Source of the DNA: an uncultured cyanobacterium
Lineage (GTDB): Bacteria; Cyanobacteriota; Cyanobacteriia; PCC-9006; JAAUQQ01
Length of the DNA stretch: 64,000 bases
Direction of reading: 5' to 3'
Assembly (NCBI GenBank): GCA_963718615.1
Contig: OY970368.1
Span: 4,960,001-5,024,000, forward strand
Both the position numbers and the translations under genes were made by a program. Under the pieces are notes generated by a model. That model did not search any database, was not told the DNA's origin, and was given only the letters and a program-made list of their open reading frames with translations. This document shows, in pieces, positions 41,653-52,780 of this stretch. Position 1 is the first letter of the stretch, and each line of letters begins with the position of its first letter.

Positions 41653-43566
41653 TTAAGGCTGCGGGAAGTTTTCCACTGGGCTATCCTTCAGTGCGCGACT
41701 CATATAGTCAGCCCAAATGGGAGCCACACTCGTCCCCCCCGAGGCACCCCGATAGAGGGGCGTAAAGTCATCGTTACCAATCCAAATGGCGGTTGCCATC
41801 TGCGGAACATAGCCCACAAACCAAACGTCCCGCTCGGAGCTTGTAGTTCCGGTTTTACCTGCCGCTGGACGACCGATCGCCGCCCGAGTCGCGGTTCCGC
41901 CGTTAATCACCCCTTGGAGCATGGTGGTGAGATGGCTTGTCGCCTTTGGATCTAAAACCAACTGAGGACGGGGCGTATTATCCAAAATCACGCGGCCTCG
42001 GCTATCGGTCACCTGGGCAATAAAGGTCGTGGGCGATTGCCAGCCGCCACTGGCGAAGGTTGCGTAGGCTCCTGCCATTTCAATGGGCGTAATTCCCATG
42101 GCCCCCAGAGGGAGTGAAACCACCGGATCCATAGGACTTTCAATCCCCATGATGCGACAAATTTCAATCACCTTATCTAGTCCCACGTCTTGGCCCAACC
42201 GAATGGCAGGAATATTGCGGGAATAGGCCAAGGCGGTGCTCAAACTGATGGATCCCATAAACGAACCATCGTAGTTTTGGGGCGTGTAATAGCCACTGCC
42301 ATCGCGATAGCTCACCGGACTGTCAGAAATCGGGGTACCCGGCGTATATTTTTTGGTCGCGAGTGCCGCGTAGTAGACAAAGGGTTTAAAGGCGGAACCT
42401 GGTTGCCGATAGGCATTGACCGCTCGGTTAAACTGGTTTTTCTCATAGTCTGAGCCCCCTACCATGGCTTTGACATAGTGGGTGCGGGGGTCTACTGAGA
42501 CTAGTGCCATTTGGTCGGCTCCAATGCTGTACCAGTTGCGATCGCTCCAATATTTCACTGTTTCCTCAGCCAACCGTTGCAGCTTCGAATCGATCGTCGT
42601 TTGAACCCGCATTCCCCCCTTCAGAACCGCATCTCGTCCAAAGCGATCGTTCAGTTCTTGCACCACCGCTTCGGTGACGTAGGGCATCTTGCTCACCTGA
42701 AACGACGTCACCCGACCCAGCTTAATCGGCTGATCCTGGGCAACTTTCTTTTCCTGGGGGGTAATCCAGCCTAACTCCACCATCCGCTGCAGCACCAACG
42801 CCTGACGCTCCTTGGCAATTTTCATACCTTCTTTGGAGGGATTGTAATTGCCATCAAACGGGCTGTAGGACTCCGGTGCTTGGATAAACCCCGCCATCAT
42901 AGACGCTTCCGCCAGATTCAAATCCGCAGCGGATTTATTGAAATAGCTCTGGGCTGCGGTTTCTGCCCCGTAGGTATTGTGTCCCCAGTAAACCTGGTTG
43001 AGATAGAGCTCAAAAATTTCATTTTTCTTCAGGACCTGCTCCAAGCGAATCGCCAAGACCGCCTCAGCGATTTTGCGGCTCATGGACCGCTCTGGACTGA
43101 GAAACAGGTTCTTAATCAACTGCATCGTAATGGTAGAGCCCCCTTCGACCACACCGCCACTGGTGTAGTTGGCAAGGGTTGCCCGTGCAATGCCCGTCGG
43201 ATTGATACCGCTGTGGCCGTAAAAGTGACTGTCCTCCATGGCAATCACGGCCCGCTTGAGGTGGGGCGAGATCTTCGCCAACGGCATCACCTTGCGGTTC
43301 GCTTCATCGTGAAGGCTAGAGAGCAACGACCCTTTCATGTCGTAGATGTAGGTCGTCTCGGTGGGCGAATATCCCTTCATGCCCCGCACATCCGGCAGGT
43401 TACGGAATGTCGTGGCCAAACCGACCAAGGTCCCAGCCACAAGGGAACTGGTAATCACCACTGCACCCAGTAACGTACCGCCGGTCAGTTTTCCGGCAGT
43501 ATCCAGGAAGCTGACGGTCTTGGAGGAGCGCTGGGGAGGACGACCGGAAAGGGTGTTGGAGGACAC
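41653..43566 (-). CDS. Class A penicillin-binding protein (PBP1A family)
   Basis: EDSHFY.H.G, GGSTITMQL, RKIAE, SAFK, SRN, KTGT. Confidence 0.95.
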   Translation of the reverse strand: MSSNTLSGRPPQRSSKTVSFLDTAGKLTGGTLLGAVVITSSLVAGTLVGLATTFRNLPDVRGMKGYSPTETTYIYDMKGSLLSSLHDEANRKVMPLAKISPHLKRAVIAMEDSHFYGHSGINPTGIARATLANYTSGGVVEGGSTITMQLIKNLFLSPERSMSRKIAEAVLAIRLEQVLKKNEIFELYLNQVYWGHNTYGAETAAQSYFNKSAADLNLAEASMMAGFIQAPESYSPFDGNYNPSKEGMKIAKERQALVLQRMVELGWITPQEKKVAQDQPIKLGRVTSFQVSKMPYVTEAVVQELNDRFGRDAVLKGGMRVQTTIDSKLQRLAEETVKYWSDRNWYSIGADQMALVSVDPRTHYVKAMVGGSDYEKNQFNRAVNAYRQPGSAFKPFVYYAALATKKYTPGTPISDSPVSYRDGSGYYTPQNYDGSFMGSISLSTALAYSRNIPAIRLGQDVGLDKVIEICRIMGIESPMDPVVSLPLGAMGITPIEMAGAYATFASGGWQSPTTFIAQVTDSRGRVILDNTPRPQLVLDPKATSHLTTMLQGVINGGTATRAAIGRPAAGKTGTTSSERDVWFVGYVPQMATAIWIGNDDFTPLYRGASGGTSVAPIWADYMSRALKDSPVENFPQP

Positions 43567-43679
43567 GATAACTCCTCTACGATAAGAAATTGAGGTGAGT
43601 CTACAAGAAGAAGCCTACTAAGCCTGCAAGTATAATGGGCAAGCTTCAGATTGGCGACTTTTCATAGCGTTAACTTTCG

Positions 43680-44939
43680 ATGACGACGTTCTCGGTCAAA
43701 ACGGCTTCCGCACAGGCCCAGTCTCTCGATTGGCTCACTCGTGGCACCAGCGAAATTTTCCCGAATCAGCCCGATTCTCGAGATCCCCATGAAAACCTGG
43801 TGGCACGCCTTCAAGCGACGGATCGCCCCCTGCGGATCAAACTGGGGATTGACCCCACAGGGGCGGATATCCATCTGGGTCACAGCATTGCGATGCGCAA
43901 GCTACGGGCCTTTCAGGATGCAGGTCATCAGGCCGTACTGATTATTGGTGATTTTACAGCGCGGATTGGGGATCCGACGGGAAAATCCGAGGTGCGTCGC
44001 CAGTTGACCGAGGCGGAGGTAAAGCAAAATGCGGCGACCTATTTGGAACAAATCAAGCCCATTCTGGACTTTAGTCCCGATCGCCTAGAAATTCGCTACA
44101 ACTCCGAGTGGCTCTCGGACCTGGACCTTAACCAAATCCTGGGACTGCTGGCCACGATGACCGTGGGACAGATGTTGGCAAAGGAAGGCTTTGATAAGCG
44201 CTATCGAGAGGAGACGCCGATTTTCCTCCATGAGTTTCTTTACCCGCTGATGCAGGGCTATGACTCCGTGGCGGTGGAAGCGGATGTGGAACTGGGCGGT
44301 ACGGATCAGAAATTTAATATCGCGGTCGGTCGGGATCTGCAACGCCATTTTGGTCGGAAAGACGGCAGCCCACCGCAGTTTGGTTTGCTGCTGCCGATTT
44401 TGCTGGGGACCGATGGCCAGCAGAAAATGTCCAAATCCTTAGGGAATTACGTGGGTTTGGGCGAAGACCCATTGAGTATGTATTCCAAGCTAGAAAAAGT
44501 CCCCGATGGGCTGATTGAGGATTACTTTACGCTGCTGACGAATCTGTCGCTGACGGATTTGCCGGAGAACCCGCGCGATCGCCAAAAACGCCTAGCGCTC
44601 GATGTGGTCAACCAATACCACGGGAAAGCCGCTGCCCAGGATGCCCAAAAAGCTTCGTTGGAGCTGGTCCAGGGGGATGCGAAGCAGGCGGAGGCAGTAC
44701 CGGAATGTTCGATCGCCCAGACGATGGCAGATTTGGAATTTCCGGCCAAGCTGTTTGTGATTCTCGGGCGGACGGGGCTTTGTGCCACGAGTTCTGATGC
44801 CAAACGGCAAATCAAAGGGGGGGCCGTCAAGCTAGATGGCGAAAAGGTCTCCGATCCGGACCAGCGCTTTGAGGCCAATGCCTTGGTGGGGAAGGTTTTG
44901 CAGGTGGGCAAAAAGCGGTTTGCTCGGCTGACGGAATAA
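43680..44939 (+). CDS. tyrS: Tyrosine--tRNA ligase
   Basis: GIDPT...[26 protein letters not shown]-terminal S4 domain. Confidence 0.98.
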   Translation: MTTFSVKTASAQAQSLDWLTRGTSEIFPNQPDSRDPHENLVARLQATDRPLRIKLGIDPTGADIHLGHSIAMRKLRAFQDAGHQAVLIIGDFTARIGDPTGKSEVRRQLTEAEVKQNAATYLEQIKPILDFSPDRLEIRYNSEWLSDLDLNQILGLLATMTVGQMLAKEGFDKRYREETPIFLHEFLYPLMQGYDSVAVEADVELGGTDQKFNIAVGRDLQRHFGRKDGSPPQFGLLLPILLGTDGQQKMSKSLGNYVGLGEDPLSMYSKLEKVPDGLIEDYFTLLTNLSLTDLPENPRDRQKRLALDVVNQYHGKAAAQDAQKASLELVQGDAKQAEAVPECSIAQTMADLEFPAKLFVILGRTGLCATSSDAKRQIKGGAVKLDGEKVSDPDQRFEANALVGKVLQVGKKRFARLTE

Positions 44940-44964
44940 TTCTAATCACGTTCTAATTTTGCCT

Positions 44965-45675
44965 ATGTCTCCTGAAGCTCAAATCATTGTCCCGCTGGAT
45001 GTTGCGGGGGGAGAGGAGGCGATCGCCCTGCTCGATCGCATTCCCGAGGTCCAGTTTTGGAAAGTGGGTCTCGAACTTTTTGTGAGCGCCGGACCCAGCA
45101 TTTTGCAGGAACTCAAGGCACGCAACAAAAAAATCTTCCTGGATCTGAAATTCCACGACATCCCCAACACTATGGCCGGAGCCTGTCGAGCGACGGCAGG
45201 TTATGGCGTGGATTTGCTCACGGTCCATGCCCCAGCGGCGAAGGCGGCGTTGGTCGCCTCTCAACAGGCCGCAGCACAAGGCGCAGCGGCAGCCGACGTT
45301 GCGCCGCCGATACTCTTAGCCGTAACGGTATTAACCAGCATCAGCACAAGAGCCTTGGCCTTTGAGCTCAAGGTACCGCTGGAAATGCTCGACTACGTGC
45401 AGCAAATGGCGTTGCTAGCCCAGGAAAGCGGCATTGGCGGCTGTGTCTGTTCCCCCCAGGAAATTACAGGCATTCGCCAGGTTTGCGGTGACGAGCTGGT
45501 CCTGGTTTGTCCCGGTGTCCGACCGACCTGGGCGGCGTCCGGCGATCAGCAGCGGGTCATGACGCCAAGGGCGGCGATGCAAGCTGGAGCTAATTATTTA
45601 GTGATTGGCCGACCCATTACCCAAGCCGACGATCCGGCAGCGGCCTTTGCGCGGATTTGCGAGGAAATTAGATGA
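44965..45675 (+). CDS. pyrF: Orotidine-5'-phosphate decarboxylase
   Basis: [34 protein letters not shown]. Confidence 0.97.
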   Translation: MSPEAQIIVPLDVAGGEEAIALLDRIPEVQFWKVGLELFVSAGPSILQELKARNKKIFLDLKFHDIPNTMAGACRATAGYGVDLLTVHAPAAKAALVASQQAAAQGAAAADVAPPILLAVTVLTSISTRALAFELKVPLEMLDYVQQMALLAQESGIGGCVCSPQEITGIRQVCGDELVLVCPGVRPTWAASGDQQRVMTPRAAMQAGANYLVIGRPITQADDPAAAFARICEEIR

Positions 45676-46193
45676 CTAGGGCGATCGCGATCGGCGTGGC
45701 GATCGCCCAAACCGCCCTGGCCCAAACCAACCCAGCCTGTCCCGCAGACCCCAACACCTGGATCCCCCAACTTCTCAACGCCCTGCCCGCCTACGCCAAC
45801 CGGACCATTCAACGCGATCGCCTCACCCCCCGCGCCCCCCAAACCTACATCCTCCTCACCAGCACCCCCGAAATCGACCCCATCCCCCCATCCCCCACGC
45901 CCCCTACCCCACCTAACCCCACCCAACTCCACCAAATCTTCTTCACCACCCTCGAACGCCAATACGTCGGTCCTAGCGACGGCACCGCCACACCCCAATT
46001 AATCCAGCAATTCCACTGGCTTGTGCTGTCGCAGAGCAGCCAAGGGCGACGGCTGATTCGATTGCGATCGCAATTTGCCCCCTATCCCGCAGAAGGCCAA
46101 CTCCTCAGCCCGCCTCGCAGCGCCGAAAGCGGTCCCATCGCTGAAGCCATTCGGCTCTGGCTGCGCGATTGTGACGCAAAACCTGTACCCTAA
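45672..46193 (+). CDS. Conserved cyanobacterial hypothetical protein
   Basis: CP.D....[31 protein letters not shown]; ATGA overlap with pyrF. Confidence 0.65.
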   Translation: MTRAIAIGVAIAQTALAQTNPACPADPNTWIPQLLNALPAYANRTIQRDRLTPRAPQTYILLTSTPEIDPIPPSPTPPTPPNPTQLHQIFFTTLERQYVGPSDGTATPQLIQQFHWLVLSQSSQGRRLIRLRSQFAPYPAEGQLLSPPRSAESGPIAEAIRLWLRDCDAKPVP

Positions 46194-46466
46194 GAGATAT
46201 AAAGACCCTGTAAAGATTTGGCACTATACAGCCAGAAAACAGCCAGAAACGCCCCATGCTCGTAAATTCGCCTAAGTAGGGGCTGTCCATTTTGAGTTTC
46301 TAATATTACATTGTTAGGTGGGTTCAGGCAGCGTTCGGCACTCAAGTCTGTTTCTGGCCTTGAGGCGCGGTGGGCTCCGCCAAGTTCCGAAGGACCGCCC
46401 TATCACTTACAATCCCGGAAGCTTGTGTCTTTTGTGAAGTCATCTTCTGTGCATGCGCCTCTACTC

Positions 46467-48623
46467 ATGAGTGCAGAAACAGCCCTCGAACAACTGGGTG
46501 AGGGATTGCTTTTCTTGAATGCGGACTGGCAAATTTGCTACTTCAATGCTCAGGCTGCGGAGTACCTGGGGGGAGCCCGTCCTGACCTTGTGGGTCAGTG
46601 CATCTGGGACTGCTGGCCTCAGCTGCGGGGCGAACAACTCAATTTTTATACGGCCTGTCAGCGTTCCCTAACGGAACAGGTACCGTTGGAACTGGAAGAA
46701 ACGCAGCTCGCCCAAGAGCCCCTGTGGATTCGGTTGGTGCCCAGTCCGAATGGATTGGTGATTTATCTGCGGGGACTGTCGAGCGATCGCCGCATCAGCC
46801 AGCAGCAGCAACAATACGAAGCGCGGGAAGCGTTGCTGTCGTCCATCGCCCATTGGGTCCAACAGTATCAGCCCCTTGAAACCATCTTTCGTGAGGCCGT
46901 AGCGCGATTGCGGCTTTTGCTTCGGGTTGATCGCATTTTGCTCTACCGCATTCAAAACTGGGAAGAGGTTCAACTCCTCGCCCAAGCAACGTCACCGGAT
47001 TGGATTCTGGATGGCCAGGATGACCGTTGTGGTACCTGGGTGATGAATAGTCTCCAGGATTGGGAAGAAGATTCCTATTATCCGGTCGAGAATGTTGACC
47101 AAGATGACCTGACCGCAGCGGAACAGCGGATCCTACGTCAGCTCAAGGTCAAGGCCCAGTTGGTCATGCCGATTTTCCTGGACCAAGAGCTGTGGGGCCT
47201 GCTGGCAATTCACCAATGCACGGTGCCGCGCACCTGGCACAGCCGGGACATTGACCTCCTCAAAAAAGTCATTATTCAAATGACCGTGGCCCTCCAGCAG
47301 GCGGAACTGCGCGGTCAAGTCGAGCATCTGAATGTGGACCTCGACAAACAAGTACAAGAGCGCACCACCCAGTTGCAAAAGGCCCTGGACTGGGAGGCAA
47401 TGCTCAAGCGGATTACGGACAAAGTCCGCGACAGTCTCGACGAAAACCAGATTTTGCAGAAGGCCGTTCAGGAACTGGCACTGGTGATGGGCATGGGAGC
47501 CTGCAACGCCGCGCTCTACGACCTAGAGCGGCAAACCTCGACGATTTACTACGAATACGTCACGACGCTACCCACCTCCCAGGGCCGCGTGGCCAAGATG
47601 GCCAATTATCCCGAAATCTATAACCAACTGCTCCAGGCCCAGCATTTTCAGTTCTGTTCGATTACGCCTAACCCGGTCCGGGGGCGGGTGGCCATGTTGG
47701 CCTGTCCGATTTTTGACAATGAGGGGGTGCTGGGCGACCTCTGGTTGGTCAATCATGAAGATTATTCCTTCGGTGAGCGGGAAATTCGGCTGGTCCAGCA
47801 GGCGGCGAACCAATGTGCGATCGCCCTCCGTCAAGCCCGTCTCTACCAAGCGGCCCAAGCCCAAGTCGCAGAACTGGAAAAAATTAACCGGCTCAAGGAC
47901 GAGTTTCTAAGCACCGTCTCCCACGAGCTGCGCACGCCCATGACCAATATGAAAATGGGCATTTTAATGCTGGATGTGGCGTTGAAGCGGCGGCAGGCTC
48001 AGATTCAGTCGGAATTGCCCGACCTGATGCTCCTAGACGATAAGGTCACCCATTACCTAGAAATCCTTCGTAAGGAATGCGAGCGGGAAAGCCAGCTCAT
48101 CAACGACCTGCTCGATCTGCAACGACTCGACGCGGATACCCAACCCCTCGATCTCAAGCCGATCTTGCTCCAGGAATGGTTGCCGCCCTTGGTCAATATT
48201 TTCACGGAGCGCGCCCATGAGCGTCAGCAGGAGCTCATCCTGGATGTACCAGGGGACTTGTCCACGCTAATCACCCATATTCCTGGCCTTGAGCGCATTG
48301 TCGCGGAGCTGCTCAACAATGCCTGTAAATACACCCCCTCCCACTGCCAAATCTTTGTGCGGGCTTGGCGGGCGGGAGATCATCTGGCCCTGGAAGTGGC
48401 CAATACCGGCGTCGAGATTCCCCCCCCTGAACTAGAGCGAGTCTTTGACAAATTTTATCGAGTGCCGAGCAACGATCCCTGGAAACAAGGCGGCACGGGC
48501 CTCGGACTGGCCCTCGTCAAGAAACTCAGCCAGCATTTGGGAGGCGATGTCGCCATTCACAGCGGTGAGGGACGCACCAGTTTTACGGTGGAGTTGCCCT
48601 GGGTTCTGGAACTCAAGCGGTAA
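46467..48623 (+). CDS. Sensor histidine kinase (PAS, CBCR-like GAF, GAF, HisKA, HATPase)
   Basis: DRILLYR, LWGLLAIHQC, SHELRTP, ELLNNACKY, GTGLGL. Start uncertain. Confidence 0.92.
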   Translation: MSAETALEQLGEGLLFLNADWQICYFNAQAAEYLGGARPDLVGQCIWDCWPQLRGEQLNFYTACQRSLTEQVPLELEETQLAQEPLWIRLVPSPNGLVIYLRGLSSDRRISQQQQQYEAREALLSSIAHWVQQYQPLETIFREAVARLRLLLRVDRILLYRIQNWEEVQLLAQATSPDWILDGQDDRCGTWVMNSLQDWEEDSYYPVENVDQDDLTAAEQRILRQLKVKAQLVMPIFLDQELWGLLAIHQCTVPRTWHSRDIDLLKKVIIQMTVALQQAELRGQVEHLNVDLDKQVQERTTQLQKALDWEAMLKRITDKVRDSLDENQILQKAVQELALVMGMGACNAALYDLERQTSTIYYEYVTTLPTSQGRVAKMANYPEIYNQLLQAQHFQFCSITPNPVRGRVAMLACPIFDNEGVLGDLWLVNHEDYSFGEREIRLVQQAANQCAIALRQARLYQAAQAQVAELEKINRLKDEFLSTVSHELRTPMTNMKMGILMLDVALKRRQAQIQSELPDLMLLDDKVTHYLEILRKECERESQLINDLLDLQRLDADTQPLDLKPILLQEWLPPLVNIFTERAHERQQELILDVPGDLSTLITHIPGLERIVAELLNNACKYTPSHCQIFVRAWRAGDHLALEVANTGVEIPPPELERVFDKFYRVPSNDPWKQGGTGLGLALVKKLSQHLGGDVAIHSGEGRTSFTVELPWVLELKR

Positions 48624-48716
48624 TGTTTTGTCCCTACAGGACGAAGCAAATTATCGGGCCGAGCCAGAAAGCTCGTATGATCGAAAAACGGCGACGCGTA
48701 CGCAATTACAGGGCCT

Positions 48717-51700
48717 ATGGCGATTCTGCACGGCAGTTGGACTGCGATTGGACAATTTTTGCTTTGGGGAGAAGCATGGCGAACCGTAGAGCCGGTCAGC
48801 TTGCCCGATCTGCGAGAGCCTGAGACTAAGGCGACGATTCCCAAGCAGCCCCTGGCCCTTTCCTTAAAAGACCTAGAGCCAGTCCTAGCGGAGTTATTGC
48901 CCCAGCTTGACCGTAAAACCTGGACTGCTGCCGATTGGGCGATCGCCCTCCCCACCCCCGCTGCCCCCACCAAAGGCCGAGGCCGCAAAAAAACCGAAGC
49001 CCCCCCCAGCGCCCTTTTACCCCAACATTCCGCCAGTGACTTAGAAGATCCGCTGCCGCCCCTCTATCCCTGGCGCGTGTCTGGCTATTGCCTCTCCCCG
49101 GCGGAGGCGATCGCCCTACTCGAATGCCTCCCCCTTGGCCTCCCCCAAACGGAAAACGCCTGGGTCGGCGGTGATCTACGGTTTTGGTCCCACATCGCCC
49201 GCTGGTCCATGGATCTGATGGCCCGCTCCAAATTTTTTCCTGGCCTCGACGCCTTACCCAGCGACCCCCAACACCCCAACACCCCAACACCCCAACACCC
49301 CAACACCCCCAGCCATCACAAAGATAAAGATAAAGACACAGACACAGACACAGACGAACCCGAGGCCCCCGAAGCCGAAGAAGACCTCGATACCCCTCCC
49401 CCTACCCGCTGGCTCACCCGCTGGCTGCCGCTGCTGGATAGCCGGATTGATCGCGATCGCTTCGTCCGTTTCACCCAGCAGATGCCCAGCAGTTGTCGGT
49501 GCTACTGGCCGGAGAGCGAAGGCTATGGTGTTCCCCTTTTAGGCAATTCCAGCGATTTGCTGCGGGATTTCTTGGGCCGGATGCTGGACGTGCAGATTAA
49601 ACCTGCGATTCATGGTGCATTGCCCAAAATTGAACCCGAGGTGCAATCCTGGCTCAAGGCCCTGGGCTCGGACCAAGCAGAATTGGATTCGGCAGTGGGC
49701 GATCGCCTCCAGGAGGTTCTCCAACGCTGGTCCTTACCGTTGCAGACTCAACTACAACAATATCGAACCTGCCTAACGCTCACACCACCAAGCTCAAAGC
49801 AGACCCCTTGGCATTTGAGCTATAGTCTTCAAGCGGAAGACCGGGCCGATTTCCAAGTGGATGCGGCGACGATTTGGCATCATCCGGTCGAACAGCTCAG
49901 CTACCAGGGACGGTTAATTCCCAATCCCCAGGAAACATTGCTAGAGGGACTGGGTCGAGCCCTGCGGTTGTACCCCAAACTAGAGCCCAGCCTTGAAGGT
50001 GCAGCCCCCACGGGGTGTGAGTTGACGCCGCCGGAAGCCTATGAGTTTATTAAGGCGATCGCCTGGAGGCTCCAGGACAATGGCCTGAGCGTGGTTTTGC
50101 CGGAAAGTTTAGCCAATCCGGAGGCGATCGCCAATCGACTGGGCCTAAAAATTAGCGCAGAATTGCCGAAGCGCACCACCTCTGGGGTTGGGCTGAATAG
50201 TTTGCTACGGTTCAAATGGGAACTTTCCATTGGAGGGCAGACCCTGACCAAGGCAGAATTCGAGCAGTTGGCGAAGCAAGAAATTCCCTTAGTTGAAATT
50301 AACGGCGAATGGGTCGAATTGCGCTCCAGCGACATCAAGGCCGCCCGCGAGTTCTTTGCCAGCCGTCAGGACCAGCCCAATCTTTCCCTCGAAGATGCCC
50401 TGCGGATCAGCACGGGGGATGCCCAAACTATCAGCAAACTGCCGGTGGTCAACTTTGAGTCTTCGGGGGCATTGCAGGAGCTGGTAACGACGCTGACGGG
50501 GAATCAGCCGGTGGAGGCGATCGCCGCCCCAGCCAGTTTCAAAGGCCAACTACGGCCCTACCAAGAACGCGGGGTTGGCTGGCTGTCGTTCCTACAACAG
50601 TGGGGACTGGGGGCCTGTTTGGCTGACGATATGGGCTTGGGCAAAACCGTGCAGATGATTGCATTGCTCCTGCATCTGAAAGAACAACAAACCCTGACTG
50701 CTCCGATTTTACTCATCTGCCCCACCTCCGTCCTTGGCAACTGGGAGCGGGAAGTTCATCGCTTTGGCCCGAGCCTCAAGGTCCGGGTCCATCACGGTCC
50801 CGATCGGCCCCAGGGTACTGCCTTAGCCAAATTGATGGAAAAAACCGATTTGCTAGTCACCAGCTATGCCCTCGTGCAGCGGGATTTGAAGTCGCTTAAA
50901 GCCATTGAATGGCTGGGGCTAGTTTTGGATGAAGCCCAGAATATCAAAAATGCCGACGCCAAGCAGTCGAAGGCCGTGCGCGAACTAGAAGCGGATTTTC
51001 GCATTGCGCTGACGGGGACACCGGTCGAAAACCGTCTGAGTGAGCTTTGGTCAATCATGGATTTTCTCAACCCTGGTTACCTGGGTCCGCAAAACTTTTT
51101 CCGACGACGGTTTGCCATGCCCATCGAGCGCTATGGGGATACGGATTCGCTGAAGACTTTGCGATCGCTCGTCCAACCCTTCATCCTCCGCCGTCTCAAA
51201 ACCGATCGTTCAATCATTCAAGATCTGCCTGAAAAGCAGGAAATGGCAGTGTTCTGTGGCCTAACCCAAGAGCAAGCTGACTTGTATCAACATCTCGTTG
51301 ATTCAACGCTCGAAACCATCGAATCTGCTACGGGGATTCAGCGACGGGGATTGATTTTGGCGTTGCTGACGAAGCTTAAGCAGGTGTGCAATCACCCTGC
51401 TTTGTTTGATGGTAAGCAAACTACAAAAAGCAGTTTTGCGGCGCGATCGGCGAAGGTGCAGCGGCTGGATGCGATGTTGGAGGAGGCGTTGGTGGAGGGC
51501 GATCGCGTCTTGATCTTCACTCAGTTTGCAGAATGGGGCAAGCTGTTGCAAAACCATCTGGAGCGTCAGTTTGGTGAGGTGTTGTTTTTGTATGGCAGTA
51601 CAACGAAGGCGAAACGGGAGGAAATGGTCGATCGCTTCCAGAAGGATCCTCAAGGTCCGCGTATTTTGCTGCTGTCGCTGAAGGCAGGGGGAGTTGGCTT

Positions 51701-51992
51701 GAACTTAACGCGGGCTAATCATGTGTTTCATTTCGATCGCTGGTGGAATCCGGCGGTGGAAAACCAGGCCACGGACCGAGCGTTTCGCATTGGCCAAACC
51801 CGTAATGTGCAGGTGCATAAGTTTGTCTGTAGCGGCACGTTGGAGGAGCGAATTCACGACATGATTGAAAGCAAAAAGGCACTGGCGGAGCAGGTGGTCG
51901 GAACGGGTGAGGATTGGCTGACGGAGATGGATACGGATGCGCTGCGGAATTTGCTTTTGCTCGATCGAAATAGCGTCATTGAGGATGCCTAA
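48717..51992 (+). CDS. SNF2-family helicase/ATPase (DUF3670 + SNF2_N + Helicase_C)
   Basis: MAILHGSW, LADDMGLGKT, DEAQ, LTGTPVEN, GGVGLNLT, QATDRAFRIGQ. Confidence 0.95.
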   Translation: MAILHGSWTAIGQFLLWGEAWRTVEPVSLPDLREPETKATIPKQPLALSLKDLEPVLAELLPQLDRKTWTAADWAIALPTPAAPTKGRGRKKTEAPPSALLPQHSASDLEDPLPPLYPWRVSGYCLSPAEAIALLECLPLGLPQTENAWVGGDLRFWSHIARWSMDLMARSKFFPGLDALPSDPQHPNTPTPQHPNTPSHHKDKDKDTDTDTDEPEAPEAEEDLDTPPPTRWLTRWLPLLDSRIDRDRFVRFTQQMPSSCRCYWPESEGYGVPLLGNSSDLLRDFLGRMLDVQIKPAIHGALPKIEPEVQSWLKALGSDQAELDSAVGDRLQEVLQRWSLPLQTQLQQYRTCLTLTPPSSKQTPWHLSYSLQAEDRADFQVDAATIWHHPVEQLSYQGRLIPNPQETLLEGLGRALRLYPKLEPSLEGAAPTGCELTPPEAYEFIKAIAWRLQDNGLSVVLPESLANPEAIANRLGLKISAELPKRTTSGVGLNSLLRFKWELSIGGQTLTKAEFEQLAKQEIPLVEINGEWVELRSSDIKAAREFFASRQDQPNLSLEDALRISTGDAQTISKLPVVNFESSGALQELVTTLTGNQPVEAIAAPASFKGQLRPYQERGVGWLSFLQQWGLGACLADDMGLGKTVQMIALLLHLKEQQTLTAPILLICPTSVLGNWEREVHRFGPSLKVRVHHGPDRPQGTALAKLMEKTDLLVTSYALVQRDLKSLKAIEWLGLVLDEAQNIKNADAKQSKAVRELEADFRIALTGTPVENRLSELWSIMDFLNPGYLGPQNFFRRRFAMPIERYGDTDSLKTLRSLVQPFILRRLKTDRSIIQDLPEKQEMAVFCGLTQEQADLYQHLVDSTLETIESATGIQRRGLILALLTKLKQVCNHPALFDGKQTTKSSFAARSAKVQRLDAMLEEALVEGDRVLIFTQFAEWGKLLQNHLERQFGEVLFLYGSTTKAKREEMVDRFQKDPQGPRILLLSLKAGGVGLNLTRANHVFHFDRWWNPAVENQATDRAFRIGQTRNVQVHKFVCSGTLEERIHDMIESKKALAEQVVGTGEDWLTEMDTDALRNLLLLDRNSVIEDA
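49266..49355 (+). repeat. (CCCCAACA)x5 followed by AAAGAT/ACAGAC hexamer repeats inside the SNF2 gene
   Basis: Directly visible; encodes PQHPNTPTPQHPNTP...KDKDKDTDTDTD. Confidence 0.85.
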
Positions 51993-52029
51993 ACTTCTTG
52001 CCTAGGAGCATCGGCCTGTGAAGATGCGA

Positions 52030-52656
52030 TCATCCACCCGCCCTCAACACTTGTTCAGCCGTCAATTTCAGTCCTGAGAAGGTTGGAGAGACGATAGTTT
52101 GGTTGCCTCGAAATTGCTGAATTTCATACTCTCCACCCTCTAATGTACAAATAGAAAGCGTAGGTTGTTTGGGTTTTCCAATATGTCGAATTCCTCCCAA
52201 TCCTGCGTAGTCTGCAATCCAGTATTCGGGAATACCTAAAGCTGCATAGTCTTCGACTTTGCGAGCATAATCGTTTTGCCAGTTGCGACTCACGACTTCT
52301 GCAACCCATTTAATCGAACGACCCAGCGTCAAGATCGACTGATCAGACCAAAGCAGTTCTTGGGTCAGTTCATCTCGATTGATAACGGCGACGTCAGGAC
52401 GAAATGCTGTCATCGTGCTGTTAGAAGGGCGTAAGAGTCCTCGCTGAAGAACAAACCAAGGTAGGCCAGCACAGTCGATTTGTACACAGATCTTTGTGGT
52501 GATGAAGGCTACGACTTCTTCATGAAAACCGGTTGGTTCCAAGTCGAATACTTCTCCATCAATGAGTTCATAGCGGTTATTATCACCATAACGGGTGATA
52601 AACTCGTCGAAGCTGAGTGGCCTCTGTTGCAGGGGTTGGTCGATCGCAAGGGTCAT
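52030..52656 (-). CDS. Uma2-family (DUF820) endonuclease
   Basis: YELIDG, RPDVAV, VAEVVS, DY..K..DYA..GIPEYWI.D. Confidence 0.92.
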   Translation of the reverse strand: MTLAIDQPLQQRPLSFDEFITRYGDNNRYELIDGEVFDLEPTGFHEEVVAFITTKICVQIDCAGLPWFVLQRGLLRPSNSTMTAFRPDVAVINRDELTQELLWSDQSILTLGRSIKWVAEVVSRNWQNDYARKVEDYAALGIPEYWIADYAGLGGIRHIGKPKQPTLSICTLEGGEYEIQQFRGNQTIVSPTFSGLKLTAEQVLRAGG

Positions 52657-52780
52657 AGGTCAACTTAGCCCAATCGATACCTTCAGTTTAACAGAGAGTA
52701 GATGTGTGAGGTGGACCCAATCGACTGAACAGATTTAACAGGAGACTAAGCTCTGAATTCTCCCCGGATTGGACCTCTAT

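Noticed and set aside
48624-48650. Hairpin TGTTTTGTCCCTACAGGACGAAGCA between the kinase and SNF2 genes
   Set aside because: Imperfect single copy with no U tail; not enough to call a terminator or a repeat family.
51993-52029. Possible attC after the Uma2 gene
   Set aside because: Only 37 bp between convergent stops and no R boxes, so Uma2 is not called as a cassette.
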